Below are positions 50,318 through 60,268 of a stretch of DNA of 64,000 nucleotides, piece by piece (position 1 is the first letter of the stretch; each line of letters starts with the position of its first letter). The notes under the pieces are model-generated. The model saw only the letters and a list, made by a program, of their open reading frames with translations, searched no databases and was not told where the DNA came from. Source of the DNA: Sedimentisphaerales bacterium (GTDB lineage Bacteria; Planctomycetota; Phycisphaerae; Sedimentisphaerales; SM23-30). A program made the translations under genes and the position numbers. The stretch lies in the NCBI GenBank assembly GCA_963666285.1, contig OY762711.1; one strand, given 5' to 3'.

Positions 50318-50755
50318 TTACCACCACGGACGATAGTGGCTTGAGAGTCTTTTTACCGAATAGTAATCATTTTCACAAGTAAAAACAAAAACATCAATAT
50401 CACTTGGTAGATCTGAAACACAATAGACTTTAATCAATATTTTATTATTTCTTGTAAGTTCTTCAAACACGTTATCATATTTTGATAAATCTAACTCAAT
50501 ATTTGTGCATTTTTGAGGGTAAATGTTTTCGTTTAATTTATCTTTTACTTTTAGAAGTATTTCATCTTCTGAATAAAGACTTATGTTATGAATAAAAACA
50601 AAAGCCAAACCAACTGTTTTAAATTTGATTACTGGTTGTTTTTTATTAACAATATATGCTTCTACTCCATGGTAAGGAATTATTACAAGATAAATAATAG
50701 TCAAAGAAACAATAAAAACAACAAGAAGCGGTATAATTATTTTTTTTACTTTCAT
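50318..50755 (-). CDS. Hypothetical membrane-anchored protein, very AT-rich (possible orphan immunity protein)
   Basis: N-terminal TM helix; lies downstream of the Rhs remnant. Confidence 0.55.
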   Translation of the reverse strand: MKVKKIIIPLLVVFIVSLTIIYLVIIPYHGVEAYIVNKKQPVIKFKTVGLAFVFIHNISLYSEDEILLKVKDKLNENIYPQKCTNIELDLSKYDNVFEELTRNNKILIKVYCVSDLPSDIDVFVFTCENDYYSVKRLSSHYRPWW

Positions 50756-50957
50756 TATTTATCCAAATTGGTCTATGTTGACTGGACTGTTCCTTGAAAT
50801 TTAGCTCAGAATATATTAAACAGGTTACCTGGGTATCTTGTCAATCACATTTTTTTGAGTCTGATACGATAAATATCAGGCTGAATAGTCTAACATTGCT
50901 CCTCTATGCCCCTAACTCGCCACCCCCTGAAGTGGCAGAATAATGCAACATTAACAG

Positions 50958-50994
50958 AATATTGACATCCCGCACAGTACTGGATGTCAATATT
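50958..50994. terminator. 13-bp perfect inverted repeat
   Basis: aatattgacatcc...ggatgtcaatatt. Confidence 0.5.
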
Positions 50995-51137
50995 TTGCAA
51001 AAGCCTTATTACTTTTCTAGTCTTTATCGCCGGTTTTTAGATTTCTTTAGCCAGAAGCTATAACGCATAGGACTTATCATCTTGGGACTCCAAGAGCCAA
51101 ATATGGTTGGTTGGGGGAGAAGTTATAACTTATTTCA

Positions 51138-51701
51138 TCAATCACATTTTCCTAATTTATCTAAACGAGAGATTAAAGTGGCAAAGTTACTATAACACAT
51201 AAGGTATATAAAAGATAAATAGTAATCTTTATTATTTGTAGAAATACGATAACCTAACCTTTCTTTAGTTATTTTTTTTATATTGCTGTAATCAATAACT
51301 ATTTCCTTACCACGAAGTAAAATTAGAGAAGTAGACTTAAATATTATTGAATGTCTATGAGAAGCCTTGTTTATTACATAAAATACAAAATAAGGTAACC
51401 AAAATAATATTACATAAAATGAACCGATAAATACCCTGACCATATAACTATCATTATGGCTTGGTAACTTAATTGGAAATAATAAGGCTAATATAAAAAC
51501 AACGATGGAAGAAAGAACCATATATACCAATCCTTTAAATGAAAACATCCATATTTTATGTTTTCGTTGAAACTCATCACAATAGTCAATTTCAAAATTA
51601 CTAATAGCAATTCGTTTTTGTATTTTAAAAAATATAAAATACAAAATAAAGTAAAGTAAAAAAGTTATCAACCAATGTATCCAAAATAATACGTATATCA
51701 T
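51138..51701 (-). CDS. Hypothetical 3-TM membrane protein, candidate immunity protein
   Basis: Very AT-rich, RBS GAGG, directly downstream of the Rhs C-terminal fragment. Confidence 0.6.
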   Translation of the reverse strand: MIYVLFWIHWLITFLLYFILYFIFFKIQKRIAISNFEIDYCDEFQRKHKIWMFSFKGLVYMVLSSIVVFILALLFPIKLPSHNDSYMVRVFIGSFYVILFWLPYFVFYVINKASHRHSIIFKSTSLILLRGKEIVIDYSNIKKITKERLGYRISTNNKDYYLSFIYLMCYSNFATLISRLDKLGKCD

Positions 51702-51719
51702 AAAATACCTCTATGTGAA

Positions 51720-52181
51720 TTAATACCACCACGGTTTGTTTATTTGCCTATTTTTTTCTTTTTTATCCTCTTCAAAACCAGGAAAGATATACCCAAATAA
51801 ATCTCCTAAGGCACCACCCAAATAATTACCGCCTACGGGTGCAAGTGTACAAGCTGCGGTTCCAGCCCCACGTGCTAACATCGCATTTTGAGTATCAGAT
51901 TCCATCCATGACATTGCAGCTCCATTTAAGAAAGTCGCACCTATTGCACCAATAATTGATATCAAAGGATCTTTTGCAATTCCAGATACAAATCCACTAA
52001 CAAAACCAACAGCAAATGCAAGGACCCGATTGTTTTCATTTTTAACACTTCCGGCATTTAAAATACCATTTACAATACCTCCAACTAACCCTCTAATGAA
52101 AATTATTGCGGCTTGAGTTAAACGACCATCCATGTCAATATTATTAACCGGGTCATTGAGGCAGTAGAGGTACCGGTGAAA
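51720..52181 (-). pseudogene. Orphan Rhs C-terminal (toxin) fragment
   Basis: In-frame HRYLYCLNDPVNNIDMDGR (Rhs core end motif) upstream of the tracked ORF, preceded by TGA; then a Gly/Ala-rich hydrophobic domain. Confidence 0.75.
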
Positions 52182-52285
52182 TCAGGGATAACTTTACTTG
52201 TGAAAGAACCATAAAGCAGGTTGTAATTATAGTTCCCTGATGTTAAAATGCCAGAAGAAATTAATATTTTAGGCCAGTTGTAGAA

Positions 52286-54235
52286 ATGCAAAAAGTGAGA
52301 AGTAAAATGAAAATGAAATTACGAATAATGATATTGACTTTGGCTGGAATGGCGGCGGCGGTTTGGGCGACAGGTGCGGCTGACCCGTACCGGGTGCCGG
52401 GCGAGGTTGTGACATTTGATGTCTGGAAGTATTTTGACGATGCCGGGATAGAGGGTACAGAGCAGCGGGCAGATATGCTGTATTTTTTAACGAGCCTGCA
52501 GGGGATAGTCAACCGCGAGCAGCCGAGACTGTACCTGTTTGTATCGCTGGCATTGTTTGATATCGAGATCGGTCATCACGATGACCCGGACTATAAGAGT
52601 AAGCCGGTAACGGAAATAGACAGATACTGGTTCGAGCATTTTCGCCAGGAAGGATATTTTGATGACTGTTCGGTGCAGGAGGCGGCCGGGCTGAAAGAGC
52701 TGGTTGAATATTTCAGGTCGGATATAAGCGGGCTGGTATTGTGGGATACGAAAGTACCGGCTTCTGTTAACGTGGCAATGATGGCGGCGGGCTGTGAGGG
52801 ATTGCTGCCGGTTAGTAAGGATTTGGGCGGCGGTAAGCTGTGGAAGAGGCTGGAGGGAGAATGCCCGGAACTGAAAGTTAAGCTGGACCTGGCAGGAAAG
52901 TTTGACGGGAAGAAGGATGTGGAGATAGATGGGAAGAAGTTTCCTACGACCGGCAGTGCCAAGAATGATGCGTACCTGTATGCGATCGAAAAATATTTAC
53001 GGCCGGGGCTGAGCAACCCATATAAGATGTGGTTTAACTGCGATGCGAGTATGCTGGGTAAGTTCAGGAGTTTTTATAACAGGAACTGCTATGGTTTTCT
53101 GGGTGATAAAAATGAGCTGCAGCAGAACGGGATGTATAATGCCGACTACTGGGTGAGTCAGAAGGCGTTTATCTTTGATCTGCTGCCGTGGGCTGACCAT
53201 ACGCCGGCAGACGACCCGGACCAGCCGCTGGGTACAGATAATAAGACATGGCACGATATACTGGAGATATCATACAATCAGCGGGAAGGCAAGTTCGGCG
53301 TTGCGGGCGGCTTTGTGCCGTGGTGGATAAAGTATACATCACATACAGGTGAAAAACACCCTGATGTGGCGACGGAATGGGAGTTTGTGGCATTGCTGAC
53401 ATCGTATAACATGGGTAATGATGCGGATGCCGCGTTTGGAATTGCTAACAGTTCGTTCTTTCAGTATATGCCAAAGGTCAGCAAAGAGGAAGCAAAGTTC
53501 AGAGACAGCGAGCCAATGGCATATGACGAGGAAAAGACATATGTTGCGGTACTGATGCTGGACTATGACGGCTCGGCGTGGCTGAACCAGATGGTGCCAA
53601 CAATCTATAATGACCCGATGAGGGGGAAGATGGTACTGAACTGGTGCCTGAACCCGATCCTGAACGAGCGAATTCCACATGTTTTCAGATATATTTATAA
53701 GAACAGGACGGCGAATGATTGCCTGGGCCTTTCGGGTGATGGAGCAGCGTATATTCAGCCGGACAGTTTAGTTAACCGTAAAGGCCGGATATCAGAAAGC
53801 GGAGTTCCCTATTATGAAAGCTTTGCCAAGGAGTTGAACGAGCGATACGGGGTAGAATATAATGTGTTTTATATCGATGATAAATTCGGCCTGGAATGGG
53901 CGGAGATGGCAGCGAGGATAACACCTAAAGGATTTGGCTTTAACTGCCCTATCGAAAGTCAGCTGGTGAATGGTACGCCGGTGAATTTTGTCGAGATGTT
54001 TCATATCTCGCAGGTAAAAGGGCTTGGAAGAAGGCTGGAGGATCTGTATAAAAATTCGGTTGAAGGAAAGTATTCGGAAGCTCAGCTGCATTCGTTGCGA
54101 TGTATACTGATACCGCCGCATAAGATATATTCCATCGTGGAAAGGCTGGATAAGAAATACCCGGCAGCGAAGGTAGAGTTTGTCGATATACCGAATTATT
54201 ACAGGCTGCTGAAATATAAGCTTGAAAATAAATAA
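52286..54235 (+). CDS. GxGYxYP family putative glycoside hydrolase, secreted
   Basis: SLQGIVNR..PRLY, GLVLWD, FIFDL, GFVPW, DYDG.AW, W..NP, GAAYI.P; signal peptide (true start probably slightly downstream). Confidence 0.7.
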   Translation: MQKVRSKMKMKLRIMILTLAGMAAAVWATGAADPYRVPGEVVTFDVWKYFDDAGIEGTEQRADMLYFLTSLQGIVNREQPRLYLFVSLALFDIEIGHHDDPDYKSKPVTEIDRYWFEHFRQEGYFDDCSVQEAAGLKELVEYFRSDISGLVLWDTKVPASVNVAMMAAGCEGLLPVSKDLGGGKLWKRLEGECPELKVKLDLAGKFDGKKDVEIDGKKFPTTGSAKNDAYLYAIEKYLRPGLSNPYKMWFNCDASMLGKFRSFYNRNCYGFLGDKNELQQNGMYNADYWVSQKAFIFDLLPWADHTPADDPDQPLGTDNKTWHDILEISYNQREGKFGVAGGFVPWWIKYTSHTGEKHPDVATEWEFVALLTSYNMGNDADAAFGIANSSFFQYMPKVSKEEAKFRDSEPMAYDEEKTYVAVLMLDYDGSAWLNQMVPTIYNDPMRGKMVLNWCLNPILNERIPHVFRYIYKNRTANDCLGLSGDGAAYIQPDSLVNRKGRISESGVPYYESFAKELNERYGVEYNVFYIDDKFGLEWAEMAARITPKGFGFNCPIESQLVNGTPVNFVEMFHISQVKGLGRRLEDLYKNSVEGKYSEAQLHSLRCILIPPHKIYSIVERLDKKYPAAKVEFVDIPNYYRLLKYKLENK

Positions 54236-54257
54236 ACACAAACAGTGTAATATGCAC

Positions 54258-54292
54258 AAAAAAACGCCCGGCAGGAATATACCGGGCGTTTT
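54258..54292. terminator. Bidirectional intrinsic terminator
   Basis: aaaacgcccgg...ccgggcgtttt between convergent genes. Confidence 0.8.
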
Positions 54293-54317
54293 GTAAATTT
54301 TGATTTATTGGCGGGCT

Positions 54318-55634
54318 CTATGCCTTGACGACTTTTTGCCTGCCGACTTTAACATCAGCACAGGCGTTGCGGGTATCGACCACGAGCCTGGCATTTTTGA
54401 CGATCATATTCATATCGTATTCGCTGTGGGCGGTGGCGATAAGGACGCAATCGTATTTTTTGATATTGGCCGGGGTGAGCTGGATTGATTTCATTTTGAG
54501 ATTATATTCGCGAGTCTTTTTGGTCTGCGGGATATACGGGTCGTTATAATCGACTTTGGCACCCTTTTCGAGCAGCAGTTCGATAAGCTCGAGGGATGGC
54601 GATTCGCGGATATCGTCGATGTCTTTTTTATAGGCAAGACCGAGAACGAGTACTTTTGATCCTTTGAGACTCTTTTTTTGGTCGTTCAGAGCTTCCATGG
54701 TACGATGAACAACATAGTGAGGCATATTAGTATTGATCTCACCGGCGAGCTCGATAAAACGGGTTGGCATGCCATACTGGCGGGCCTTCCAGGTGAGGTA
54801 GAACGGGTCGATCGGGATGCAGTGGCCGCCAAGACCGGGGCCGGGGTAGAACGGCTGGTAGCCGAATGGTTTAGAGCTTGCGCCGCGGACGACTTCCCAG
54901 ACATCGATGCCCATGCGGTCGAAGAGCTGCTTGAGTTCGTTAACCATCGCGATATTGACGCAGCGATAGACGTTTTCGACGATTTTGATAGCTTCGGCCG
55001 TTTCGCAGCTGTCTACTGGGATCATGGTGTCGATGGCGCAGCTGTATATGTTGAGGGCGAAGTCCATGGATGGCTTGTCGATGGCACCGATGACCTTCGG
55101 GATTGTTCGGGTGTTGAAATGTGCGTTGCCGGGATCTTCGCGTTCAGGCGAATATGCCATGTGGAAGTCCTTGCCGGCTTTGAGACCGGATGCTTCGAGG
55201 ATCGGCTTCATAACTTCGTTGGTTGTGCCGGGATAGGTTGTGCTTTCGAGGACGACGAGCTGGCCTTTACGGAGATATTTAGCAACAGTACGGCAGGACT
55301 CTTCGACGTAGTACATATCCGGCTCGCGGTTTTCGGTGAGCGGGGTAGGCACGCAGAGGATAAGAGCGTCCGGCTTTTTCATGAGTTTCATGTCGCCGGT
55401 GGCCTTGAAGCGTTTGGACTTGACCATCTCGGTAATATGCTCGTGCGGGATGTGTTTGAGCGGGCTTTTGCCGGAGTTAATTCGTTTGACGGCGGCATCG
55501 CTGATATCGAAGCCAATAACAGATGCTCCGCCGCGGACGAATTCTATGGCAAGCGGCAGGCCAACATAACCGAGACCGATGATGCCGACAGTGGGGGATT
55601 TTTTCACATTCTTTTTAGAAGTTGTTTTTGTCAT
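54318..55634 (-). CDS. UDP-N-acetylhexosamine 6-dehydrogenase (WbpA/WecC-like)
   Basis: GLGYVGLP, CVPTP, ESTTYPGTT, SPEREDPGN, PGPGLGGHCIPIDP, D.RESP. Confidence 0.93.
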   Translation of the reverse strand: MTKTTSKKNVKKSPTVGIIGLGYVGLPLAIEFVRGGASVIGFDISDAAVKRINSGKSPLKHIPHEHITEMVKSKRFKATGDMKLMKKPDALILCVPTPLTENREPDMYYVEESCRTVAKYLRKGQLVVLESTTYPGTTNEVMKPILEASGLKAGKDFHMAYSPEREDPGNAHFNTRTIPKVIGAIDKPSMDFALNIYSCAIDTMIPVDSCETAEAIKIVENVYRCVNIAMVNELKQLFDRMGIDVWEVVRGASSKPFGYQPFYPGPGLGGHCIPIDPFYLTWKARQYGMPTRFIELAGEINTNMPHYVVHRTMEALNDQKKSLKGSKVLVLGLAYKKDIDDIRESPSLELIELLLEKGAKVDYNDPYIPQTKKTREYNLKMKSIQLTPANIKKYDCVLIATAHSEYDMNMIVKNARLVVDTRNACADVKVGRQKVVKA

Positions 55635-55661
55635 AAATATACCTCATATTATATTGATATT

Positions 55662-56747
55662 TCAATATTTCCTATCAGCAATAACCTTGCCGATTGATTT
55701 AGCGTTTCTGTTTGGGAATTTAAAAAATACCGTCAGTACACCTTTTAGACTACCTAAACCGTAGGCGACATGCATAACAATAAATGTCCAAAAAATCAAA
55801 ATAACATTGCCACGTTTTTCTTTTGCAGCTTTCCTGGCGAAATGTAAAGCACAACCTAAATATAATGCCAAGTCAGCAAATAGCAATATTAGAACGTAAG
55901 GCAGAAATATTGAGATAACCGACAAAAGTAATAAGCTAAAGACAAAAAACATAGGAACAAAATGCCTTAGGCATAAACCTCCGCCGACAAGCCAGATGGT
56001 ATAAGGATTCCAAAGGCCATTATTGAAGGACTGCTGCCAGATACCTGAATATGATGCCCTGTTAAAATATTTAAGTTTGATTTCAGGAGAAATAATAATT
56101 TTACCGCCATTAGCCCTGATCCTGGAATTTAGTTCAATATCCTGATTTCTGACAAGGCGTTCATCATACATACCGTATTTTTTAAAGTGATCTTTGCGAT
56201 ATGTGCCAAAAGGTACGGTATCAACCTCTTTTTCGACCATCTCGCCAATTCTGAAACTGGCATTACCAACACCAAAGCTGCAAGAAGTTGCATGAGCGAT
56301 AGCCATGGCAACCGCAGAATCACTACCAGGGCAGGTTACCCCATATCCGCCTACATTGTCAGCTCCTGTTTTTTGTGAGACTTCGATACATTTGCGAATA
56401 TAATCCGAGGCAAACCAACTGTGACAATCAATTCTAACAATATACTCACCTTGTGCCCGCTCAATACCAATATTCATTGCGGTCGGTACAATTTTATCGG
56501 GATTATCTACCAGTTTAATATTAGGATATTTTTCTATATACTGCTGAACAATTTCCCTGGTGCCATCATTACTCATACCATCAAGAATAAGAAGCTCTAT
56601 TCTGTCCGAAGGGTAATCAGAATTTATTATAGATTCTATTGTGTTAGCAATAAAGAATTTTTCATTTCGACAAGGGGCTAAAACAGAAACAAAAGGTAAC
56701 TTTTCATCATTTATGAGCATTATTATCTCCAACATAATGAATATCAT
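55662..56747 (-). CDS. GT2 glycosyltransferase (ExoA-like)
   Basis: SV..PCRNE, DGMS.DGT, RIDCH, DTVPFG, RNQD.ELN.RI; C-terminal TMs. Confidence 0.9.
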   Translation of the reverse strand: MIFIMLEIIMLINDEKLPFVSVLAPCRNEKFFIANTIESIINSDYPSDRIELLILDGMSNDGTREIVQQYIEKYPNIKLVDNPDKIVPTAMNIGIERAQGEYIVRIDCHSWFASDYIRKCIEVSQKTGADNVGGYGVTCPGSDSAVAMAIAHATSCSFGVGNASFRIGEMVEKEVDTVPFGTYRKDHFKKYGMYDERLVRNQDIELNSRIRANGGKIIISPEIKLKYFNRASYSGIWQQSFNNGLWNPYTIWLVGGGLCLRHFVPMFFVFSLLLLSVISIFLPYVLILLFADLALYLGCALHFARKAAKEKRGNVILIFWTFIVMHVAYGLGSLKGVLTVFFKFPNRNAKSIGKVIADRKY

Positions 56748-56809
56748 TTGAAAACATTGTCCTCAAAGCAAATACTTCTCCAGCTTGAATGTATTACATA
56801 ATACAAATA

Positions 56810-57658
56810 TCATATATGCACTTTTTCATTTTTCCTACTTATATCATAAACAGATAGTAAACTCTTTAAATTTCTGGCAATCTTATTGGGCAGCAATACG
56901 AAAATAACAGATCTTGAAATACTAAACAAAACGAGTAAAAACCTAAACCACCAACAGGTATACAAGCTCAAATTTGAATATGCTTTTCTCCAACCTAGTC
57001 GAATTCTAAATTCTTCTATGTTTGTCTCATGATTCAGAGTCCGATTTGCACCAACAAGACTTTTCAGGCCTAATTCATTCAAATAATAATCAGCCGCGGT
57101 AAAATACATGCCACACATTGGATAAAGAGTAGAATGATCTGGAGAAAACTTGGCAATGAGTAATATTTTATGGTCATCACCATCGAGGAAAATAGAGTAT
57201 GCTATTATTTCCTCATTATATTTTACAATCCATCCCTCATATCCGCCAACCTCACAAAAATAATTCATTTTATCGTAAAAAGCAGACTCAGATACAGTAT
57301 CAAAATTGCTATATCTTTCAGCTGCTTTTACATACAGTTGGTAACAATGGTCCCGTATGAAAGAAACATCAACTCGCTCAACACAACATTCTCGCAGGCA
57401 TTTTCTAATATGCTGTCTATCCTTCTTTCGCTCAATATTTTCAATTCTGTATGGTTTACAATCACAAATATACCTATACCACTCACCCTGTTCAAATAAA
57501 TCAAAATCAGTAGTCCAATACCCAAACCATGCTTTATTTTTTTTCAAATATTTCCTGACATCAGAATCTCGCTCTCTTGATATCGGTATGCCTACATGAG
57601 TCCATAGCTTCCCCCTCAATTTAAATTCCCATACCTGCTGACTATATATATTATCCAT
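56810..57658 (-). CDS. Hypothetical protein, possibly GNAT/FemAB-like polysaccharide-modifying
   Basis: RQHIRKCLR, GWIVK...IIAY, F..RLGW pattern; inside the polysaccharide cluster. Confidence 0.5.
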   Translation of the reverse strand: MDNIYSQQVWEFKLRGKLWTHVGIPISRERDSDVRKYLKKNKAWFGYWTTDFDLFEQGEWYRYICDCKPYRIENIERKKDRQHIRKCLRECCVERVDVSFIRDHCYQLYVKAAERYSNFDTVSESAFYDKMNYFCEVGGYEGWIVKYNEEIIAYSIFLDGDDHKILLIAKFSPDHSTLYPMCGMYFTAADYYLNELGLKSLVGANRTLNHETNIEEFRIRLGWRKAYSNLSLYTCWWFRFLLVLFSISRSVIFVLLPNKIARNLKSLLSVYDISRKNEKVHI

Positions 57659-57764
57659 TAAATAGTATCCTCTTAAGCCTCATATTGAATTTCCAATGAT
57701 TCACTAGAAAGTAATACCTGATAAATAATATTTCCAGCCGTATTATTTTCAAACTATTAACCAA

Positions 57765-58964
57765 CTATAAACCTAACTCTTCTAATATTTTTTTTGCCAG
57801 GTAACCATCAGTCATTTTAGAAGCTGTTTGCAATCCAGAACCTGAAATTTCAATAACCTTTTGACTGTCTAATTCTGCCAGATTATCTAACAGCTCAGAC
57901 AACTCATTAACATTTCCAGCTTCCACTAAAAAGCCATTTTCCCCATCAATAATAATTCCATCTACACCTTCATTTTTGGACGCTACAACAACACACCCTT
58001 GTGAAAGAGCTTCAATATAAACCATCCCAAAAGTTTCACCACGGCTAGACATTATAAAACAATCTGCATCATTCATACTTTCAAATACTTTTTCACGATC
58101 TAATCTTCCATGAAATACTACATGATCCTGTAAACCAAGTTCTTTAGCTAAGTTTTCAAGATCATTTCTACAAGGCCCATCACCAATAATATCTAAAGTA
58201 AATAGCTCTTTGCGACCAGCATTCGCTATAGCTTTTAAAAGGACATCAACATTTTTTCTTTTTATTAATAACCCAACATACAGAAGTTTCCTGATTCTAT
58301 TTCTTGGCATACCAAATTTAATATTATCAGGAACGCCTGTTAAAATATAATTAATCTTAGAATTGTCAAATTTGAATTCATTTATGTGCTTTTCCTGGGA
58401 AAATGACCTCAATAATACCCCAGAAGCTTTATTGACCATATTACAAAATCTAGGATGCTTTCTCAAATAAGCAAAATCCGTATCGTGAAATATTTGATAA
58501 AACTTAGTGTTATATTTCTGACTAATAAGAACCGAAATATCTATAGAAGGTGTAATAAAGTCTGAAAAAACAACATCAGGAATAAATTCTGATTCCTGCA
58601 AACGTCTCAAAATTTTCTTTTTATGAACAAATAAATCACAAAACAGATAATCTCTATGGGGAATTAGTTTTCTAATAGGTGTACGAATAATTTTTATACC
58701 TTCATACTCGTATATGGAAGATTTCACTGAGTCCCAATTTTGCCTGTATCTTGATAGATGATACTTACTAAAACCCAAATAATTTTCGACAAATTCAACT
58801 GCTGGTGAAAAAAACCTGGGATATCGAGGAGAACTGTGAAGTACCAATACATTATGACCTTGCTTTAACCATTCAGATGCATAATAATAAACAAACTTAG
58901 TTTGCGCAGCGTCATATTCTACATCAAAAGAAGGAAATAAACATGTAACAAACAAAATATTCAC
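57765..58964 (-). CDS. GT4 glycosyltransferase
   Basis: VGLLIKRKN, IIGDGP, ETFGMVYIEAL, I.DGENGFLV. Confidence 0.9.
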   Translation of the reverse strand: MNILFVTCLFPSFDVEYDAAQTKFVYYYASEWLKQGHNVLVLHSSPRYPRFFSPAVEFVENYLGFSKYHLSRYRQNWDSVKSSIYEYEGIKIIRTPIRKLIPHRDYLFCDLFVHKKKILRRLQESEFIPDVVFSDFITPSIDISVLISQKYNTKFYQIFHDTDFAYLRKHPRFCNMVNKASGVLLRSFSQEKHINEFKFDNSKINYILTGVPDNIKFGMPRNRIRKLLYVGLLIKRKNVDVLLKAIANAGRKELFTLDIIGDGPCRNDLENLAKELGLQDHVVFHGRLDREKVFESMNDADCFIMSSRGETFGMVYIEALSQGCVVVASKNEGVDGIIIDGENGFLVEAGNVNELSELLDNLAELDSQKVIEISGSGLQTASKMTDGYLAKKILEELGL

Positions 58965-59014
58965 GATAATGTTAACTTTCTAATTCTACACACACACTTG
59001 ACGATTAGCCAAAG

Positions 59015-60268
59015 TTATTCATTTGTGCTACCAGTTATGCAATTTACGTAACTATCATACACAATACTTCTATCATAAGTATTTGTACACTGCAATAATG
59101 CACGAGATTTCATATCATTTAATATGGAATCATCATTAATCAGTTTTAATATTTCACCACAACAACTTTTTATATCCCCAGCCGGGTAATCCAGTCCGCA
59201 ATTGGCATCTGCGACAATTTGGCTGCATTGGCCGGGAATGGTATTGAGAACGGCACAACCGGCGGCGAAATAATAGAATATTTTATTAGGCAGATAGATC
59301 ATCGCTTCTGGGAAGCTGGCATTAAACCCTACATCGCACTGACTGAGCAGGTATGCCCACTGGGGGAAATCCAGAAACCCTGTACGAATAATACTGTTTG
59401 ACCCGGAGTCGGAAATTATGCTGTCAAGCTCATTGTCAAGTTGACCGCGACCGGTAATGAACAGTTTGATTTTTTTATCAGTCTTTTTTTCTGCTTCAAT
59501 AAATGCTTTTGTCAGAGTCAGGCAGTCATAACTGACATTGAGACTGCCGGTATAGGCAAACCATATTTCATCTTCAGGCTTAGTAAATTTATCACATACC
59601 CCATCGCGAGATGCCTGTTGGAACTGGCCGAGGTCAACGCCAAGCGGAATGGTAATATGTTTTTGCGGGTTGGCTCCCATTTCAAGAGCATGATTGACAT
59701 ACTGATCAGCGACACCGACGATGACGTCCGCATTGCAATATGCCGACTTTGAGGCTAATTTCCAAGGCATTAGTACAAGTTTTAAGATAGACCGGGCCAG
59801 ACCTGATGTGAGCCGGTAAAATGTCTCGGGCCAGAGATCCTGGATATCAATTATAGATTTAGCACCATTGTTTTTGGCATAATGAACGGCAGCTTTAGCC
59901 AGAAACGGCGGCGGTGCACTGACGAGAACAACATCAGGGTGATCATTACGGGCATTGGCTGTCCTGATAAATGATTTTGCCAGCTGATAATGATTCAAGA
60001 GTCTATTTATACTGACATTTTTCTGGTAGGCCCTGCCTTCCAGAAAAACAACTTCCATGCCAAGAGTGGAGCAGGTTTCGCTTAGTTTCTGTTTTGCGAC
60101 AGGCTTTTTGAACCTGTGACTGAAACTGCTGGTCCACCAGACGAGCTCATGGCCCTTTTCATGCAGCATTCTCGCCAGAGTGGCATAGCGTCCTTCCTGT
60201 TCAGGGTCACCCGGCAGCGGGTCAAATGGATTTATCAGCCAGATACGCATATTTCTTAACTTAGACAA
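59015..60268 (-). CDS. GT4 glycosyltransferase (WbuB-like)
   Basis: DIQDLWPE, YTGSL, PNKIFYY.AAG. Confidence 0.85.
   Translation of the reverse strand: MSKLRNMRIWLINPFDPLPGDPEQEGRYATLARMLHEKGHELVWWTSSFSHRFKKPVAKQKLSETCSTLGMEVVFLEGRAYQKNVSINRLLNHYQLAKSFIRTANARNDHPDVVLVSAPPPFLAKAAVHYAKNNGAKSIIDIQDLWPETFYRLTSGLARSILKLVLMPWKLASKSAYCNADVIVGVADQYVNHALEMGANPQKHITIPLGVDLGQFQQASRDGVCDKFTKPEDEIWFAYTGSLNVSYDCLTLTKAFIEAEKKTDKKIKLFITGRGQLDNELDSIISDSGSNSIIRTGFLDFPQWAYLLSQCDVGFNASFPEAMIYLPNKIFYYFAAGCAVLNTIPGQCSQIVADANCGLDYPAGDIKSCCGEILKLINDDSILNDMKSRALLQCTNTYDRSIVYDSYVNCITGSTNE

Noticed and set aside
50757..50800. Second Rhs core motif (RNSPVNIDQFG*)
   Set aside because: Spacing deviates from the motif and a stop follows immediately; likely chance
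54678..55697. 339-aa antisense ORF over the dehydrogenase and the many other short overlapping ORFs in the track
   Set aside because: Shadow frames of well-supported genes with biased codon usage; no motifs
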